Positions 1-13,031 are shown, numbered from the stretch's first letter. The stretch is 64,000 bases of DNA from the human T2T-CHM13v2.0 reference genome, Homo sapiens (GCF_009914755.1 NC_060938.1); one strand, 5' to 3'. Notes: generated from the letters alone by a model not told the origin. Numbers and translations are program-made.

Positions 1-180
1 GGCCTGTCAGTGGGTGGGGATCTAAGGGAGGGATAGCATTAGGACAAATACCTAATGTAGATGACAGATTGATGGGTGCAGCAAACCACCATGGGACATG
101 TATACCTATGTAACAAATCTGCATGCTCTGGATGTGTATCCCAGAACTTAAAGTAAAAAACAAAAAACAAAAAACAATAA
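1..180 (+). mobile_element. L1PA (L1PA7-like) 3' UTR and A-rich tail, truncated by window edge
   Basis: GGGATAGCATTAGGACAAATACCTAATGTAGATGAC...GCAAACCACCATGG...CCCAGAACTTAAAGT followed by an A-rich tail. Confidence 0.9.
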
Positions 181-3100
181 CACCATGAAGAAAACAAAGT
201 AACTAGGTAACAATCAATATGATGGTGAGGACAGTACTTCACATCTCAATATTAACACTGAAAGTAAATGGTCTAAATGCTCTACTTAAAAGATATGGAT
301 TGGCATAATGGATAAAAAAATTACAAACCAAATATCTTCTGTTTTCCAGGGATACATATAACACATAAGGATTCTTATAGACTCAAGGCAAAGGGGTGGA
401 AAAAGATATTCCATGCAAAAGAAAATCAAAACTAAGCAGGAGTAACCATTCTTATATCAGATAAAAGAGACTTTTAAACAACAACAGTAAAAAAAAGACA
501 AAGAAGGTCATTATATAATGATAAAAGGATCAATCCAACAAGAAGATATTACCATCTTAAATATATATGCACCTAATTCTGGAGCTCCCACATTCATAAA
601 ACAATTGTTACTAGACCCAAGAAAAGAGATAACAGCAACACAATAATAGTGGGGGACTTCAACACTCCACTGATAGCACTAGACAGAACATCAAGACAGA
701 AAGTCAACCAAAGACACTGGACTTAAATTGCACTCTAGAACAAATGGACCTAACAGATATTTACAGAACATTTTCCCCAAGAGCTACAGAATATACATTC
801 TTCTCATCAGCGCATGGAACATCCTCTAAGATAGACCATATAGTAGGCCACAAAACATGTCTCAATAAATTAAAAACCATCAAAATCATATCACGTATCT
901 TCTCAGACCACATTGGAATAAAAACTAGAAATCAATTCCAAAAAGGAACCCTCAAAACTATACAAATACATGGAAATTAAACAATCTTCTCCTAAATAAT
1001 TTTGGGGTTAACAATGAAATCAAGATGGAAATTAAAAAATTATTTTAAATGAATGATAATGTGACACAATTCATCAAAATCTGTGGGATACAGCAGAAGC
1101 AGTGCTAAGAAGAAAGTTATAGCACTAAATGGTTTTATCAAAAAGTCTGAAAGTAGCAAATTGACAACCAAATGTTACACTTCAAGGAACTAGAGAAACA
1201 AGAAAAAATGAAACCCAAAGCTAGAAGAAGAAAATCAATAGCAAAGATCAGAGTAGAACTAAATGAAATTTGAAGCCAAAAATCCATACAAAAGGTCAAT
1301 GAAACAAAAAGTTGGTTCTTTGAAAAGATAAACAAAATCGATAGATCATTAGCTAGACTAACCAAGAAAAGAAGAGTGAAGATTCAACTAAGCTCAATTT
1401 GAAATGAAAATAGAGACATTACAACCAACACCACAGAAATAGAAAAGATCATTCAAGATTGCTATGAACACCTCTATGTACATGTCTAGAGGAAATAGAT
1501 AAATATCTGGAAACATACAACCCTCCTAGCTTGAATCAGGAAGAAACAGAAATTCTGAACAGACCAATAACAAGTGGTGAAATAGAATCAGTAATAAAAA
1601 AATTGCCAAGAACAACAAAAACAACAATAAAAAACTCAGAGCCAGTGGATTCACAGCTGAATTCTACCAGCCATTCAAAGAAAAATTGGTACCAGTCCTA
1701 CTGAAACTATTCCAAAAGATTGAGAAGAGGGAATCACCCCAAATTATTCTATGAAGCCAGTATCATCCTGATACCAAAGCCAGGAAAGGACATAACAACA
1801 AAAAAAGAAAACTACAGACCCATATCCCTGATTAACATACATGTAAAAATTCTGAATAAAATATTAGCAAACTAAATCCAACAGAAAATCGAAAAGATAT
1901 GTCATCCCAGGGATGTAGGGATGGTTCAACATACTCAAGTCAATAAATGTGATTCATCACATAAACATAATCAAATACAAAAACTACACGATCATTTCAA
2001 TCAACACAGAAAAAGCATTTGATAAAATTCAGCATTGCTTTATGATAAAACTCTCAACAAACTAGACATAGAAAGAACATACTTCAAAATAATAAAAGCC
2101 ATATATGGCATACCCACAGCCATCTCATATTGAACCGGAAAAAGTTGAAAGCATTCCCCCTAAGAACTGGAAGAAGACAAGGATGCCCACTTTCACCACT
2201 TCTATTCAACATAGTACTGGAAGTCCTAGCCAGAGCAATGTGGCAAGAGAAAGAAATAAAAGGGCATCCAAATTGGAAAAGAGGAAGTCAAACTATCTGT
2301 GTTTGCCAGTGGTGTTATTGCATGCCTAGAAAACCCTAAAAATTCCTACAAAAGACTCCGAGATTTGGTAAATGAATTCAAAAAGTCTCAGCTTGCAAAA
2401 TCAATGTACCCAAATGAGTAGCACTGATACACACAAACAATGACTAAGTTGAATCAAACGAAGAACTTGATCCCTTTTAAGATGCCTGCAAGAAAAAAGG
2501 AAAAAATCCAACTCTCTAGGAATATACTTAACCAAGGATGTGAAATATTTCCGTGAGGAGAAGTATAGAACACTGCTGAAGGAAATCATAGATGACACAA
2601 ACAAATGGAAATACATCTCATGCTCATGAATTGGAAGAATCAATATCATTAAAATGACCATACTGCCCAAGGCAATCTACAGATACAATGCAATTCCTAT
2701 CAAAATACCAACATTGTTTTTCATGAAATTAGAAAAAAAATTAAAATTCATATGAAACCAAAAAAAGAGCCTGAATAGCCAAAACAATCCTAAGCAAAAA
2801 GAACAAGTCTGGAAGCATCACATTACCTGATTTCATGTTATACTACAAAGATATAGTAACCAAAACAGCAGAGTACTGTTATAAAAGTAGGTACATAGAG
2901 CAATGGAACTGCATAGAGAATCCAGAAATAAAGCCAAATACTTACAATCAACTTATCTTCAAGAAAGCATACAAAAACATGAACTGGGGAAAGGACACCC
3001 TATTCAATAAATGGTGCTGGGAAAACTGGCTAACCACATGTGGAAAAATGAAACTGGATCCCTATCTCTGACCATATACAAAAGTCAACTCAAGGTGGAT

Positions 3101-4240
3101 TACAGACTTAAGTCTAAGACTTGAAATCATAAAAATTCTAGAAGAAAACCCAGGAAAAACTCTTCTGGACATTGGCCTAAGCAAATAATTTATGACTAAG
3201 ACCTCAAAAGCAAATGCAACAAAAACAAACATAAAGAAATCTAATCTAATTAAACTAAAAAGCCTCCACACAGCAAAAGAAATAATCATTACGGTGAACA
3301 AAATGGGAGAAAATATTTGCAAACTATGCATCTGACAAAGGACCAATATCCAGAAACTACAAGGAATTCAAACAAATCAGCAAGAAAAAACAAATAATCC
3401 TATCAAAAAGTGGGCAAATGACATGAACAGACATTTCTCTAAAGAAGATATATAAATGGCCAACAAACATAGGAAAAAATTCTCAACATCACTAACCATG
3501 AAGGAAATGCAAATTAAAACCACAACTTGATACCACCTTACCCCAGCTAGAATTGCCATTATTAAAACGTCAAAATATAACAGATGTTGGCATGGATGTG
3601 ATGAAAGGGGAATGCTTATACGCTGCTGGTGGGAAGGTAAATTAGTACACTCCATGGAAAACAGTATGAAGATTCCTGAAAGAACTAAAAACAGTTCTAC
3701 CATTTGACTTAGCAATCCCACTACTGGGTATCTACCCAAAGGAAAATAAGTCATTATATGAAAAAGACACGTGCACACATATGTTTATTGCAGCACAATT
3801 CACAACTGCAGAAACATAGAACCAACCTAAGTGCCCATTGGACCATGACTGGATAAATAAAATGTGGTGTATATACACTATGAAATACCACTCATCCATA
3901 AAAGGAATGAAATAATGTCTTTTGCAGCAACTTGGATGGAATTGGAGGCCATTTTTCCAAGTGAAGTAACTTAGGAATGGAAAGCCAAATACCATATATT
4001 TTCACTTATAAGTGGGAGTCAAACTATGGGTACACAAAGGCATAAAGAGTGGTATAATGGACATTGGAGACTCAGAAGAGAGGAAGGTGGCAGTTGAGTG
4101 ATAGATAAAAAACTATATATTGGGTACAAAGTACATTACTTGAGTGACTGATACACTAAAATCTGACTTCATTACTATACAGTTCATCCATGTAACCAAA
4201 AACCACTTGTACCCCTAAAGCTATTGAAATTTAAAAATAA
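181..4240 (+). mobile_element. L1PB (PB3/PB4-like) ORF2 (EN-RT-C-terminal) and 3' UTR, disabled
   Basis: ORF2 remnants in the track (MDLTDIYRTF..., [39 protein letters not shown]) are broken by stops and frameshifts; L1PB-type 3' end ...CATGTAACCAAAAACCACTTGTACCCCTAAAGCTATTGAAAT. Confidence 0.93.
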
Positions 4241-4338
4241 AGGAAGGAAAGAAGGAGAAAGCAAGAAAGCAAGCAAGAAAGCAAGAAAAGCAAGAAAGCA
4301 AGAAAGCAAGCAAGCAAGCAAGCAAGCAAGAAAGAAAA
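4241..4338 (+). repeat. (AAGC)n/(GAAA)n microsatellite derived from the L1PB tail
   Basis: Visible AAGC/AAGAAAGC runs directly after the L1 3' end. Confidence 0.9.
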
Positions 4339-5252
4339 TAGTGCTGTGATAAACTTGAGGGTACAGGTATCCCTTTGATATACTGATTTCCTTTCCATTG
4401 GATACATACCCAGTAGTGGGATTGCTGGACCTTATAGTAGTTCTAGTTTTAGTTTTATTTAGAAACCTCCATACTGTTTTCCATAATGGTTGTACTAACT
4501 TACATTCCCACTAACAGTGTGTAAAAGTTTCCTTTTCCCTCATCCTTGCAGCATTTGTTATTTTTTATCTTTTTGATAATAGCCATTCTAAGTGAAGTGA
4601 GATGACATCTCATTGTGGTTTTGATTTGCATTTCCCTGATGGCTAGTGATGCTGAGCATTTTTAAATACATGTATTGGCCACTTGTATGTCTTTTATAGT
4701 GAAAAATGTCTATTCAGATACCTTGCACATTTAAAACATCAAATTATTAGTTTTTTTTTTTTTTTTGCTGTTGAGTTCCTTGTATATACTGGACATTTGT
4801 TCCTTATTGGATGCATAGTTTGCAAATATTTTCTTCCGTTCTATAGGTTGCCTTTTCTCTCTTGATTGTTTTCTTTGTTGTGTAAAAGCTTTGTAGTTTG
4901 ATATAGTCCCATTGTCTAGTTTTTTATTGCTTGTGCTTTTGAAGTCCTACTCATAAAGTCTTTGACTAGACCAATGCCCTGAAGAGATTTCCCTATGTAT
5001 TGTTCTAGTAGTTTTACAGTTTTTGGTCTTTCATTTAAGTCTTTAATCCACTTTCCTTTGATTTTTGAGAGATAGGGGTCTAGTTTCGTTCTTCTGCATA
5101 TGGATACCCAGATTTCCCGGCATCATTTATTGAAGGGGATGTCCTTTTCTCAGTGTATGTTCTTGGTGCCTTTGCTGAAAATCAGTTGGCTCTAAATTCT
5201 TATACTTAATTTGGGGTTCTCTATTCTGTTCCACTGGCCTATGTGTCTGGTT
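4339..5252 (-). mobile_element. L1MA ORF2 3' region fragment
   Basis: Antisense L1 text: CCCAGTAGTGGGATTGCTGG...CTCATTGTGGTTTTGATTTGCATTTCCCTGATG. Confidence 0.85.
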
Positions 5253-5776
5253 TGTTTATTGATACATAATAATTGTATACATGTAATATTTTGATCCATG
5301 CATACAATATATAATGATCAAATCAGGGTAATTGATCACTATAATCACCTCAAACATTTATCACTTCTTTGTGTTGACAACATTCCAAATCTTCCTTTCT
5401 AGTTATTTTGATATATAAAATAAATTATTGATAACTATAGTCACTGTATTGTGCTCATACAGTAGAAATTATTCCGAATATTTTACTGTATTTCTGTAGG
5501 ATTAACCAACCTCTCTTTATCCCAGCCTCCGGTAATCACCATTTTACTCTCTACCTCCATGAGATCAACTTTTTTAGCTCCCACAGATAAGTGGGAACAT
5601 GCAACATTTGTCTTTCTGTGCCTGGCTTCTTTCACTTAACATAATGTCCTCTAGGCTCATCCATGTTGCTGCAAATGACAGGATTTTATTCTTGTTTGTG
5701 GATGAAATGATATCCCATTGTGTGTATATATATAACAGCTTATCCATCCATCCATTGGTGAACACTTAGGTTGATT
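5253..5776 (-). mobile_element. L1MA (MA5-MA8-like) 3' end
   Basis: GATCAAATCAGGGTAATT...CACCTCAAACATTTATCACTTCTTTGTGTTG; ORF 5574-5765 reads as the L1 C-terminal remnant (FAATWMSLEDIMLSE). Confidence 0.8.
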
Positions 5777-5779
5777 TTT

Positions 5780-7580
5780 CTTTTAAAGAAGAAATAACAC
5801 AAATGCTTCTCAAACTATTCCAAAACACTGAAGAAGACTAAATTCTTTCTAATTTATTCTATGAGGCTAGCTTATCCTGATACAAAAATGAGGCAAGGTC
5901 ACAAGTGAAAAAGAAAACTATAGGTCAATAAGTGATGAACATAAATACAAGACTTCTAAAAAATACTGGAAAATTGAATCTAACATCACATCAAAAAGAT
6001 AATGCACCATGATCATGGTGCATGATTATGTTCTGCCGATGTAGGCTCATCAATTGTAGCAAATGTATTACTCAGAAGCATGTTTGCTATATTTATAGTA
6101 ACCAAAAGAAAACCATTATAGTTGCATTAATACCAGATAAAATTGACAAACAAAAATTGAAAGAACTCCAAGAATAAATAAATCTATCAGTATCTCAGGA
6201 ATTGGCAAAATAAAGATGATTTAAACAGGTCATTTAATAAACTAGACCTAAGAGTTCTAGAACACTGTGCCCACCCACTGCAGAATATATCTTTTTGTAA
6301 GTTCCCCACTGCAGGATATATATTTTTGTAAGTTCGCTAAAAAACTTTGCCAAAATCAATCACTTACTGGGCTGCAAAGCAACTCTTGAGAAATTTCAAA
6401 GATGTATTTTTTTCAAATGTTGTCTAGTCACAGCATAATCAAACAAGAAATCAATAATATAACTATAAAAAAACTCTATAATATTAGAAAAAGAGAAATA
6501 AACTTTTAAATAACACATAAATCCAAATAAAATTTATTAAAAATGAAAAGTTTAGAACTGAATAACAATAATAGCACTTATTGGATTGTAGCAATAGCAG
6601 GTAGAGGATCTTTTTAGTCTTAAAACTCATAAATCACAACAAACAAATTATTGAACTGATCACTTATCTCAGGGACTTAGAGATTAATAAGTGAGATAAA
6701 CTCAATAAAGTAGGAGGAAGAAATAATAAGAGACAGAAGAAGTTAATAAAACAACAGGCAAACATACAATAGAGAGATTTAATACAGCAGAGATTAACTA
6801 TTTGAAAAGACTAATAAAGTTAACAAACCTTTGGAGAAACTAAGAAAAAAGAGAGAAGGCGCAAATGTTTAATATCAGGAACTCAGAATAGAATACTTTT
6901 ACAAATGCTGTGGACCATTAAAAGATAAGCCAAGAATATTATAAAAACATTAGTGCTAATAAATTTGAAATTTTAGACAAAATAGAAATATCACCACCTA
7001 ATATGGACTTAAAAAGAAATTACAAAGTTGAGTAATACTAGAACAATCAAAGAAATTGTGCCAGTAGTCAAAAATTTTTCTACACAGAGAACTGACCTAG
7101 ATGACTTTACTGTTAATTTCTACTGAAACTGAAGAAAGATTTTTATTATTCTAAAAACTTTTCCAGAGAAGAGAAAAATGAACACTACCCATCTCAATTT
7201 ATAATGTTGGCATCACCTTGATACAAAGAAGAGAATAAGGAAGGAAATTTATAGGTCAATCTTATTCATGATTCACTGAATCAAAGCCCTACACAAAGTA
7301 TTAACTCTCAAAATTAGTCCACCAATATACAAAAAGGTTGATACATCATGAGCAAGTTAGGTTTGCAGATCTAAGAATGCAGATCTCATTTAACCTTAGA
7401 TCAATTAACATAATTTGCCACACATATTTAAGAGAACAATCCTAAAATCAGCTCAATAAACTTAAGAGCTTTTGATAAAATTTAACATCTCCTCATAATA
7501 AAAATACCCTTTTAGTAAACAAAAATGGAAATAAATTTCCTTACCCTAATAAACAATATTTGTAAAACCTACAGAAACCA
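5780..7580 (+). mobile_element. Old L1M ORF2 fragments (several pieces)
   Basis: A-rich degenerate ORF2: CAAACTATTCCAAAA...TTCTATGAGGCTAGC; TTTGAAAAGACTAATAAAGTTAACAAACC; TTTGATAAAATTTAACATC. Confidence 0.7.
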
Positions 7581-8759
7581 TTTAATCCATCCCTCCTCTA
7601 GTAAGAAGACCGAGGTTTCCATCTTTCCCACAAGAATGCATGAAAGCCCTTCTCTCCAGGCTGCTTTTCACACAAGCCTGTGATTCTGGTATTCTACTAC
7701 CAGCTCTCTTCCTTGAGCAGGCTTGAATTTGGAAGTGGTCCCCAGTGGAATGCTGTTAGGGAAATCTTTCGAGATTGAAGAGAGAGGATGTGAATAGACT
7801 GAAGAGAGAAGCAGAGCTAGATCAGAGATGGGGAGAGTTCGCAGCGCTAGCAGGTCTTTTTCTACCTTTAGTCACAGCTCCCTGGACCAGATGCCCTACT
7901 CTGACATGTGTTCCCGTGTTTGGAGGCCTGGGGTTCTCTTGTTCAGGGGAGATCACCAGGGCACGGAAACCAAGCTCCACCCCTTCCCTGATAGGGCAAA
8001 CCTGCAAATTACTGCTATGTAGTGGGTCCAGGTGTGGTAAATCCCTGACAAGAGGGATCATTGTAATGGTCTCTCATGAGTTGCACAGTGAAAAGGCTTT
8101 GGCTTCTTCACGTTTTAGGTAAAATCAGAATCAGACGTTTATGGAGGGCAGTGTGGGGATAGTAGTTTGGGGCCAAGAGTTCCATTCGTTTTTGAAGGAA
8201 AACTGAGAAAGAAGAGGAACTGAGATTCCTAGTAATTCTGGGATATTATTCCCTGTGGATAACCCCCACTTTGGTCCCCTCATCAAGAAAGGTTTGTGCC
8301 TTAGTCTTCACGGTCCAGGACCAGGCTCTCTAAGTCATCTGCTAACTTAATGTTCCATGACTAAACAAGCAGTACTATTTCTTTCTTTTTTCTTCCTCTC
8401 AGTTGGTGCTCCATCTATACCAGGTTGCTACTTCATGTTTGGACTTGGATGAAACAGCATACTATAAGGCATGAAACCTGGCTTCCTGAGTGGCAGCTGA
8501 GAGGAGAGATGTAGCTGAACCAATCAGCTACAACGTCATTCCAGTGTCCATACTTACATAGTGGAAAATCCTCTAAAGCCCACTTCTGAGAGAACACTAA
8601 TTTCTAGATTTCACATTTCCCGAATCCCGTATAAGATCAGTTCTTTCTTGGTTCAGAGGCACTACTTTACAAATATTGTTCTCCCTTGCCTAGCGAGCAA
8701 TAAACTTAGCTTTTTGTTTCAGACACTGAATGCTATTCTTTCCTGTGACACTCCTTGAG

Positions 8760-9008
8760 ATTGTTCTAGAGAAGTAAGTCCCACATGCTGAATGTCCGAG
8801 CTTGCTAAGCAACTTGCCTTGTCTCTTAGCAGCTTGTTGTGAAGTAGTGGGCAGCTATGGTACTATAACACACCAAACTGCATGGCATCTTTACTTGACT
8901 CATTCTTTTTCCTCACTATCATTGCCCTGGATTTGTACCTCCCAAACAAATTGTTATCATTTTTATCCTTGCTTCAGGCTCTGCTTTTATAGGAGTCCGG
9001 ATAGGACA
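8760..9008 (+). mobile_element. ERVL LTR16-like remnant
   Basis: Ends CCTCCCAAACAAATTG...ATCCTTGCTTCAGGCTCTGCTTTT...GGACA, which resembles the LTR16-family 3' terminus. Confidence 0.35.
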
Positions 9009-9139
9009 AAGTGGGAAAGTACAATTTTTGATACTTCTTCCTTTGTCTCAGGCTGGAAGTTAAAAGGTAAGACAGAATCTTCTCATAAATTAAAACAAGA
9101 TAATTTCCTTGGACATCATGCCATTAATTTTGTTTTTCT

Positions 9140-9302
9140 CAGCTGAGTGAGGTGGTGTGTCCTATAGTACCAGCTATTCAAGAAGCTGAGACGGGAGGAT
9201 TGCTTGAGCCTGGGTGTTTGAGGCTGTAGTGTACTATGATCATGCCTGTGAATAACCACTGCACAACATAGCAAGACCCTATTTCTAAAAGAAAAACAAA
9301 AA
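9140..9302 (+). mobile_element. FAM (fossil Alu monomer)
   Basis: Monomer retaining the 7SL-derived GCCTGTGAATAACCACTGCAC segment, then an A tail. Confidence 0.8.
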
Positions 9303-9527
9303 GTCTTTTATCTCCTGGAACTCTTTAAATATTTCTCCCCTCTGTTTAACTAAGGTATGTGATAAGAGGGTCTTTTCTTTTTCCCTTTTACAATATGTTT
9401 CTGGGAGACTGACCAGGAATTTCACCTAAATACTTCCCATTGGTAGAGTAAAGCCAGCATTGCAGCCTTATAAAGAACATTCTGAGATTCTCAGCCCAAG
9501 TGAGGGAAGGAAGACTGTCTTGTGCTT

Positions 9528-9671
9528 TGATATGGTTTGGCTCTGTGTCCATTGTAAGTTTCCTGAGGCCTCCCCAGCCATGCAGAACTGTGAGTCAATT
9601 AAACTTCTTTTCTTTATAAATTACCCAGTCTCGGGTATTTCTTCATGGTAATGTGAGAACGAACTCATACA
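9528..9671 (+). mobile_element. THE1D-like MaLR solo LTR with large internal deletion
   Basis: TGATATGGTTTGGCTCTGTGTCC joined directly to ATTGTAAGTTTCCTGAGGCCTCCCCAGCCATG...ATACA; 5-bp TSD TGCTT/TGCCT. Confidence 0.85.
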
Positions 9672-10542
9672 TGCCTTCTACAGGCAAAGCACATCATTGG
9701 GAAAATGAGATGTCTATATTGGCAAATAATTTAGTGACAAAGGAAGAGCTGTGGCTCAGTCCTCCAGAAGAAACTGCTGGTCTCAAAAGAGACTGTCTTT
9801 TCTTTCACACTTCCATATACTTCATTATTCTTGTATTGCAGTTATGTGATTATCCAACCAGACAGTGATGGCAACAACAGCCAAGGAATAATTGAATGTC
9901 CACTATGGCGTGCTCAATGACAGTCTTGAGGACAATGGAGAGCTTTTATGTTGTCAGGGAATGATGCAGATGTTAGGAAATGATGCAAAATACACAAGAT
10001 GTGGATGTTAAGGCATGGGATGAGTATGGAGTCATAAGGAGAGAGGTAGTGAGAAACCGATAGTTTGTAAGTTACTTAGTAGATACTCAGAAGACTGTTG
10101 AAGGATGAGTGATAGAATAAAAGAGTGACTTTCCAGTAGCTTCTTGAGATCTCCAGTGAATCAGGCTTGGAGGAAACTTAGAATGAATTAATTATCTGCA
10201 AGTGAATTTTTGCATTTTTCTAAGTTTATGCAGCAAATCCATGCAACTTTTTATGTCTCTCCACAGATTATTTGATTTCTGACATTTGATCTCATCCCCT
10301 TTGTCTACGTTTTAATGGTTGTTTTTAAATTGAGTGATGTTCAGGCCCCTTCCTGCATATCTCTACCTTCCATCATTAAGGCTCCATTCTAGGAACATGA
10401 CATTCTAAAATGAAGACTAATTGTTTATCTTCAGTGTTGCCTTTTTATATAAAGAATAGATTTTCATCTTTAGGAATTCCACTAACTGTCTTTATTTTAT
10501 GTAATTTCCATGCCAGTTTTTTCTTTATTATAAAGATTTCTT

Positions 10543-10833
10543 AGCCGGGAACGGTGGCTCACACCTATAATCTCAGCACTTTTGGAGGCTGAGGCAGGTG
10601 GATCGTGGTCAGGAGTTCAAGACCAACCTGGCCAAGATGGTGAAACCCTGTCTACTAAAAATGCAAAAAAAATTAGCTGGGCATGATGGCAGGTGCCTGT
10701 AATCTCAGCTACTGAGGAGGCTGAGGCAGAGAGCTGCTTGAACCCGGGAGCCGGAGGTTGTAGTGAGTGGAGATCGTGCCACTGCACTGCAGTCCGGGTG
10801 ACGGAGTGAGACTCCATCTCAAAAAAAAAAAAA
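10543..10833 (+). mobile_element. AluS (Sg-like), full length
   Basis: Dimeric Alu with A tail; approximate TSD AAAGATTTCTT/AAAGTTTCTT. Confidence 0.95.
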
Positions 10834-11527
10834 GTTTCTTTATTATAAAACGATTGCACACTACATGCCTGATGCTTCACCTCAACGTTTGCCTCTGGCA
10901 TCTTGCTTCCAACCTGAACTCTGACCAGATGAAAGGGAGGAGGGCACAAATGATACACTTGGGGAAACCTGCAACAGGCAGACACCAGGAGCTTGGTGGG
11001 TGGAATCCATGTGTGAAAACCCTCTGTGCTATGGCTTTCAGATGGATGGTAGACCTTCCAACGTGGCCTGAGTTAGTCATGATAAAAAACCTTGGCAACA
11101 TTTTCAGTGCCCTAAATTTGATAAAAACAAGATAATACCTTGAAGAAATGTCATAGAAAGATGAAAAATATTGAGGGAATGAGTTAGGGCTGTGAACGTA
11201 CTGTGATTACTCAATAACCACAAACTTGCAATTAACTGCTGTAACCACAAATCACCCTTCTAGGGTTCGCTGTGTAGAAAGAGCCGTTGATTTTTTATAG
11301 TCACTGTAGCCACAGCTGGAACCTCATAAAGAGTTCATGGTGGGCCTTCGATCAAAGCTGGAGATGCTATTTCTTGCAAATTATGAATCTTTCTGTTGCT
11401 GTGAGCTGATATAGGGGATAGCCAAATTATAGCAACATTGGAGAATCAGTCCCTAGCAAAGGGTTTTGCATAATACAGATGAAGACAGAATGTCTCAAGT
11501 CTGGGAAATGCTTTCATTTAAAAAAGA

Positions 11528-11775
11528 TGTATTAAGTACTCGCCCTGTAAGTGTTACTGTCAAAGCACTGGGAATCAAATGGTGAACACTAACAGATTTA
11601 GTTTCTAATCTTGAGGAGTGAGACATAATTAACCAAAGAGAACTTACTTATATGATTATAAATGGTGGCAAGTAATCTGAAGGAAAAAAATTATCAGAGA
11701 GTATGATAGGCTAATTGGATATTATATAGGGGTCAGGAAAGACTGCCAGTAATGCAAACATACAGCTGAAGATGA
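11528..11775 (-). mobile_element. L2 3' fragment
   Basis: TATTAAGTACT...GCACTGGGAATCAAATGGTGAAC...GGTCAGGAAAGACT, the antisense L2 3' pattern. Confidence 0.5.
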
Positions 11776-13031
11776 AAAGTGTTCTCTTGCCTGTCAAAGA
11801 AATCATCTTGAGGATCACATATGTAGAGTTTCTGGAGTGTTCTGAGAAATAATGATAAATTATGCTCAAAATTAATTTCTTCTCTTTTCCATCAATATGT
11901 GGAATTCAAAGGTAATTGGCAGAAATCGATAAATTGAAGTCTTTGAAATTGTAAATCTACTGTTCAACCAAAGGTATCATAAAGTGCAAAAACAAGTCTG
12001 GATTGGGAAATAATATTTATAATGATTTACCTGATGAAAATTGGTATCATAGAGTTGCTTCACAGAGTTGCCAGAATGAGATTTTCATTTTAAAATCCGG
12101 TTAATGAGACTTATTTTCCAAAAGCTGTTTGATATTTTCAAATTTCATATCAGATAAAACCTAAGTTTCTTAAATGCCAAAAGTGAGAGTGTGGGTGGGG
12201 TTTGGGAGGGCCTCAACCAGCTCAGTCTTGTCCAAATCACTAACCCTTCCATTTGGTAACAGAATAATACAGAATTACTTGGGGTTATCAGGAAATGCCC
12301 AGTTTTGACTCTCCAAGCTGCATTTTCATGGGCGGTTTGGCACACTCAGAGTGCCTTGAGTGTGTCTCCCTTTGGTCTGACCTCTGTTTGAACACTACCA
12401 CCTCTAGGAGCCTCCCTTCATGCCCATGATGTTTAGGAGGGGTTTCCACTATACTTCCATGTCTTTCTAACTTCATTATACAACTTATGATGACTTAGGA
12501 CTGCATTGTCCTAACTTACTGGCAGATAGTACATCTCCTTTAGACTATAAACATTTTAAAGGCAGGAGGTATGCCATTTAACCTTTGGATTCTGAGCCCA
12601 TAAATGTTCCGGATGGTAGAAGCTGTTTGTTTCTGGGTCTATGCCTGTAAGGCTGAGGCATTATGGGGTTCCTGGAAAGAGAAGGGCTTAGGACCATTTC
12701 ACTACAAACCCCTCTCAAAGGGGACAGGACTCTCAGATGCAGCACTAAAGGGCATGCCCTAATCCTGCAAAGAGGTCAGGAAGACATATTTTCAGCTAGG
12801 GCAGCCAGTGTACAGACAGTGGGCAGAATCTAGAGAGGGGAAACCCAAGCGACTTAACCTCCAGACTGAGAGATGGACAGCCTGTCTGTCTGTGGAGAGA
12901 TCAGAAACCCAGGGTGGGGTACTAACTAATGAAGAAAAAAAAAACTTTATTTTATATCTTGACTTTTTAAGTTATTCCCCAAATGAGTAAAAGTCCAGAA
13001 AGTCTTTATAAGAATAAAAGACAAAATAGTA

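Noticed and set aside
744-3995. Multiple ORFs with L1 ORF2 similarity
   Set aside because: Fragments of a frameshifted, stop-ridden L1PB; not an intact gene
8375-8402. Strong polypyrimidine tract plus CAG (splice-acceptor-like)
   Set aside because: No convincing nearby donor or coding frame; such tracts are common, so no exon was called
10617-11135. 122-aa ORFs on both strands
   Set aside because: Partly Alu-derived translations (e.g. [10 protein letters not shown]); typical artefacts
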